NCBI GenBank assembly: GCA_003141675.1
Contig: PLND01000034.1
Span: forward strand, 17,488 to 81,487
Source: Anaerolineae bacterium
Lineage (GTDB): Bacteria; Chloroflexota; Anaerolineae; Anaerolineales; RBG-16-64-43
Reading direction: 5' to 3'
DNA length: 64,000 nucleotides
Each line of letters begins with the position of its first letter. The first letter of the stretch is position 1. The position numbers and the translations under genes were made by a program. This document shows, one piece after another, positions 62,334 through 64,000 of the stretch. A model generated the notes under the pieces. It was not told where the DNA came from and ran no database searches. It was given only the letters and a program-made list of their open reading frames with translations.

Positions 62334-62367
62334 CCAAAAAGAAGCGCCCTCCGGCTGAGGGAGGGCG
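62334..62367 (-). terminator. intrinsic terminator/attenuator immediately upstream of the hisG ribosome-binding site
   Basis: Minus-strand RNA: CGCCCUCC-CUCAGCC-GGAGGGCG followed by CUUCUUUUUGGAGGACCGAUG. The GGAGG Shine-Dalgarno sequence and the hisG AUG follow the U-tract directly. Confidence 0.6.
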
Positions 62368-62401
62368 TGGGAAACGTCGTGTCGTAGGAATGCGCGGCCG
62401 C

Positions 62402-62464
62402 TCAACTCAGCAATGCAGGTTGACCCAAAGTATGAGCGTGATGAGTGCTGGTCCGTGCGTTCAT
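62402..62464 (-). CDS. candidate his leader peptide MNARTSTHHAHTLGQPALLS
   Basis: 20 codons with His at 3 of 4 consecutive positions (CAU CAC GCU CAU). The ATG lies 9 nt after the candidate -10 box, so it would be leaderless or nearly so. The stop lies 34 nt before the terminator stem. Confidence 0.3.
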   Translation of the reverse strand: MNARTSTHHAHTLGQPALLS

Positions 62465-62473
62465 AGCGGGAAG

Positions 62474-62502
62474 AATATACCAGCGAACCCAATTTTTGTC
62501 CA
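62474..62502 (-). promoter_or_regulatory. candidate his operon promoter
   Basis: On the minus strand: TGGACA (62502-62497), a 17-nt spacer, then TATATT (62479-62474). Confidence 0.5.
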
Positions 62503-62860
62503 GCAAGCGGTAAAACGCCGCCTGGTCTTTTTTTCGCAAAGGCCGCGGGAGTTGGTTCCGTTTTTGGTTTCTAGAATCAAACATCGGATCGCACGGATAA
62601 AATCAAGGGCGTACACCGAGGAATTTGGTGATCAAGGAGATGAACATATCCCCCAGGGTTTTCCGTGAAATCCGATCTCCTTCCGTGCCTGCCCCGGGAG
62701 TGCGGAGCACGAACGGGGCAATCCGTGATCCATCCCGGTAACCCGGCGGCGGTCGGGTTGGTGTTCAGAGCAACCTCCACTATTACGGCAGACCATCCGG
62801 GTTGCGGTGCGGTGAATCCTTCGGGTAGAATGGCGACAAATCGTCAAGCTGGTTCCGGCC

Positions 62861-64000
62861 ATGTTGAATTCGAACGTTCTTGTCCATCAAGAAAACCCCC
62901 TGGAACATCGCTACCAGGGCGAACATCCCCTCCGAACGCTGTGGTTCCTTTTCGCCAACGAGCGCGGAAGGTTGTCCCTGGCGACCGTCTTCTTTATCGT
63001 CAAACACAGTCCGGTATGGATCGCGCCGCTGTTGACGGCGAACATCATTAACGTGCTGGTCCAACGGCTTCCGCTCTCCGTGCTCTGGTGGAACGCTGGC
63101 GTATGGCTCGTATTGCTGATCCAAAATGTACCACTCCATTTTCTTTACGTTCGATACCTCAGCCGCGCCATTCGTTCGGTGGAAATGCGGCTTCGATCGA
63201 CGCTCTGCCGGCGGCTGCAGCATCTTTCGATCGGCTACTACACGCGCACCAACACCGGCGTACTGCAATCCAAAGTGGTGCGTGACGTGGAGGCGGTGGA
63301 GCAGATGATCCGCCTGTCCTTCGACAGCGGTCTGGCGGCCGTCTCGAGCATGTTTGGCGCAATGATCATAACGGCCATACGCGCGCCGCTCTTCCTGCCG
63401 GTGTTTTTGGTCATGGTTCCCATCTCCGCTTCTCTGGTTCTGATGCTGCGAGGAGTCCTTTCACGGCGCAACCAGCGATTCCGCCGGGAAATGGAACACA
63501 TGGCAGCCCGCATCTCGGAGATGACCAACCTGATCCCGATCACCCGTGCGCACGGCCTGGAAGAAAACGAACTGACACGCATGGAGCAGACGTTTTCCGA
63601 TCTGCGGAATTCCGGGTTGGAACTTGATTCCGCCAATGCGGTATTCAGCTCCCTGGCCTGGCTGACGTTCAATATTCTTAATGGATTATGTCTTGTCGCC
63701 GCCGCGCTGCTTTCGTATACGGGGTTGATCCCGATCCAGGTTGGGGACGTGGTGATGCTGACCAGCTACTTCACCAGCCTCACCGGGTCCGCGATGGCCC
63801 TGGTCAACCTTATGCCGGTCATCAGCAAGGGATTCGAGTCCGTCCGTTCCATGGGCGAGGTGCTCGAATCGCCCGACTTGGAGCAGAACGAGGGCAAACA
63901 GCGGGTCTCCGTCGTGCGGGGCGATTTTGAGTTCGACGGTGTAAGCTTTCGTTACCGGGATAATGAAGAATCCGCGATTCACGATATCTTTTTACAAGTT
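62861..64000 (+). CDS. ABC exporter, fused permease/ATP-binding protein (3' end outside the window)
   Basis: The open frame (position mod 3 = 2) runs from ATG 62861 to the window edge. It is absent from the ORF track because it has no stop. Translation: MLNSNVL...LRTLWFLFANERGRLSLATVFFIVKHSPVWIAPLLTANIINV...IGYYTRTNTGVLQSKVVRDVEAVEQ...RGDFEFDGVSFRY (type-I exporter TMD entering the NBD). Confidence 0.85.
   Translation, partial: MLNSNVLVHQENPLEHRYQGEHPLRTLWFLFANERGRLSLATVFFIVKHSPVWIAPLLTANIINVLVQRLPLSVLWWNAGVWLVLLIQNVPLHFLYVRYLSRAIRSVEMRLRSTLCRRLQHLSIGYYTRTNTGVLQSKVVRDVEAVEQMIRLSFDSGLAAVSSMFGAMIITAIRAPLFLPVFLVMVPISASLVLMLRGVLSRRNQRFRREMEHMAARISEMTNLIPITRAHGLEENELTRMEQTFSDLRNSGLELDSANAVFSSLAWLTFNILNGLCLVAAALLSYTGLIPIQVGDVVMLTSYFTSLTGSAMALVNLMPVISKGFESVRSMGEVLESPDLEQNEGKQRVSVVRGDFEFDGVSFRYRDNEESAIHDIFLQV

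Noticed and set aside
62334-62600. A T-box (tRNA-His) riboswitch as the explanation for the hisG leader.
   Set aside because: The distance from the predicted promoter to the terminator is only about 100 nt, too short for Stem I plus the antiterminator. I could not find the conserved T-box sequence (GGUGGUACCGCG-like) or the AG-bulge/distal-loop motifs.
62665-63051. 128-aa plus-strand ORF (and 62783..63268 on the minus strand) at the right end.
   Set aside because: A different plus frame, open to the window edge, encodes a clear ABC-exporter transmembrane domain from ATG 62861. The listed ORFs are out-of-frame or antisense artefacts.

Overview
GC-rich bacterial chromosomal segment that is almost entirely core metabolism, with no transposases, integrases, CRISPR arrays or rRNA. 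The gene content and gene fusions suggest a Chloroflexota/Anaerolineae-like organism, but this is inference only. Left to right: (1) an archease tail plus rtcB, then a coenzyme F420 block (Ddn-like protein, npdG, cofE, Nudix, stand-alone nitroreductase, cofD, cofC). (2) A 14-repeat Asp-box beta-propeller lipoprotein, a thioesterase, a Cys-rich Fe-S protein, and an AT-richer gene encoding a LacI-type sugar-binding domain fused to HD-GYP. (3) A complete dcw cluster: mraZ-rsmH-ftsL-ftsI-murF-mraY-murD-ftsW-murG-(cvpA-like)-murC::murB-ddl-ftsQ-ftsA-ftsZ. It lacks murE and has a well-defined promoter and phased MraZ-box operator. (4) A minus-strand group (methyltransferase, ChbG-like, NIL protein, and a two-domain thioredoxin-fold protein interrupted by one in-frame TGA exactly at a CxxC cysteine), then tsaC/sua5. 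(5) A large STAND-TPR-SARP regulator, followed by an AT-richer stretch of poor coding quality with small peptide ORFs and a degenerate kinase-like protein. (6) yqeY-pgpH-ybeY-dgkA, panE/Nudix, trmI, a Ddl-like ATP-grasp paralog and tRNA-Leu(CAG). (7) A minus-strand his operon, hisG-hisD::hisC-hisB-hisA-hisH-hisF-hisIE-HAD, with a candidate leader/attenuator and palindromic elements in its intercistronic gaps. (8) A partial ABC exporter at the right edge. The most notable observations are the candidate selenoprotein (UxxC), the G/C-tract inverted-repeat family that supplies stop codons to his genes, the fusion genes (murC-murB, hisD-hisC), the his attenuator, the MraZ operator, and the regulator/small-peptide locus at 36.6-42 kb. 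All calls come from reading the sequence and recalling motifs. No database search was run.
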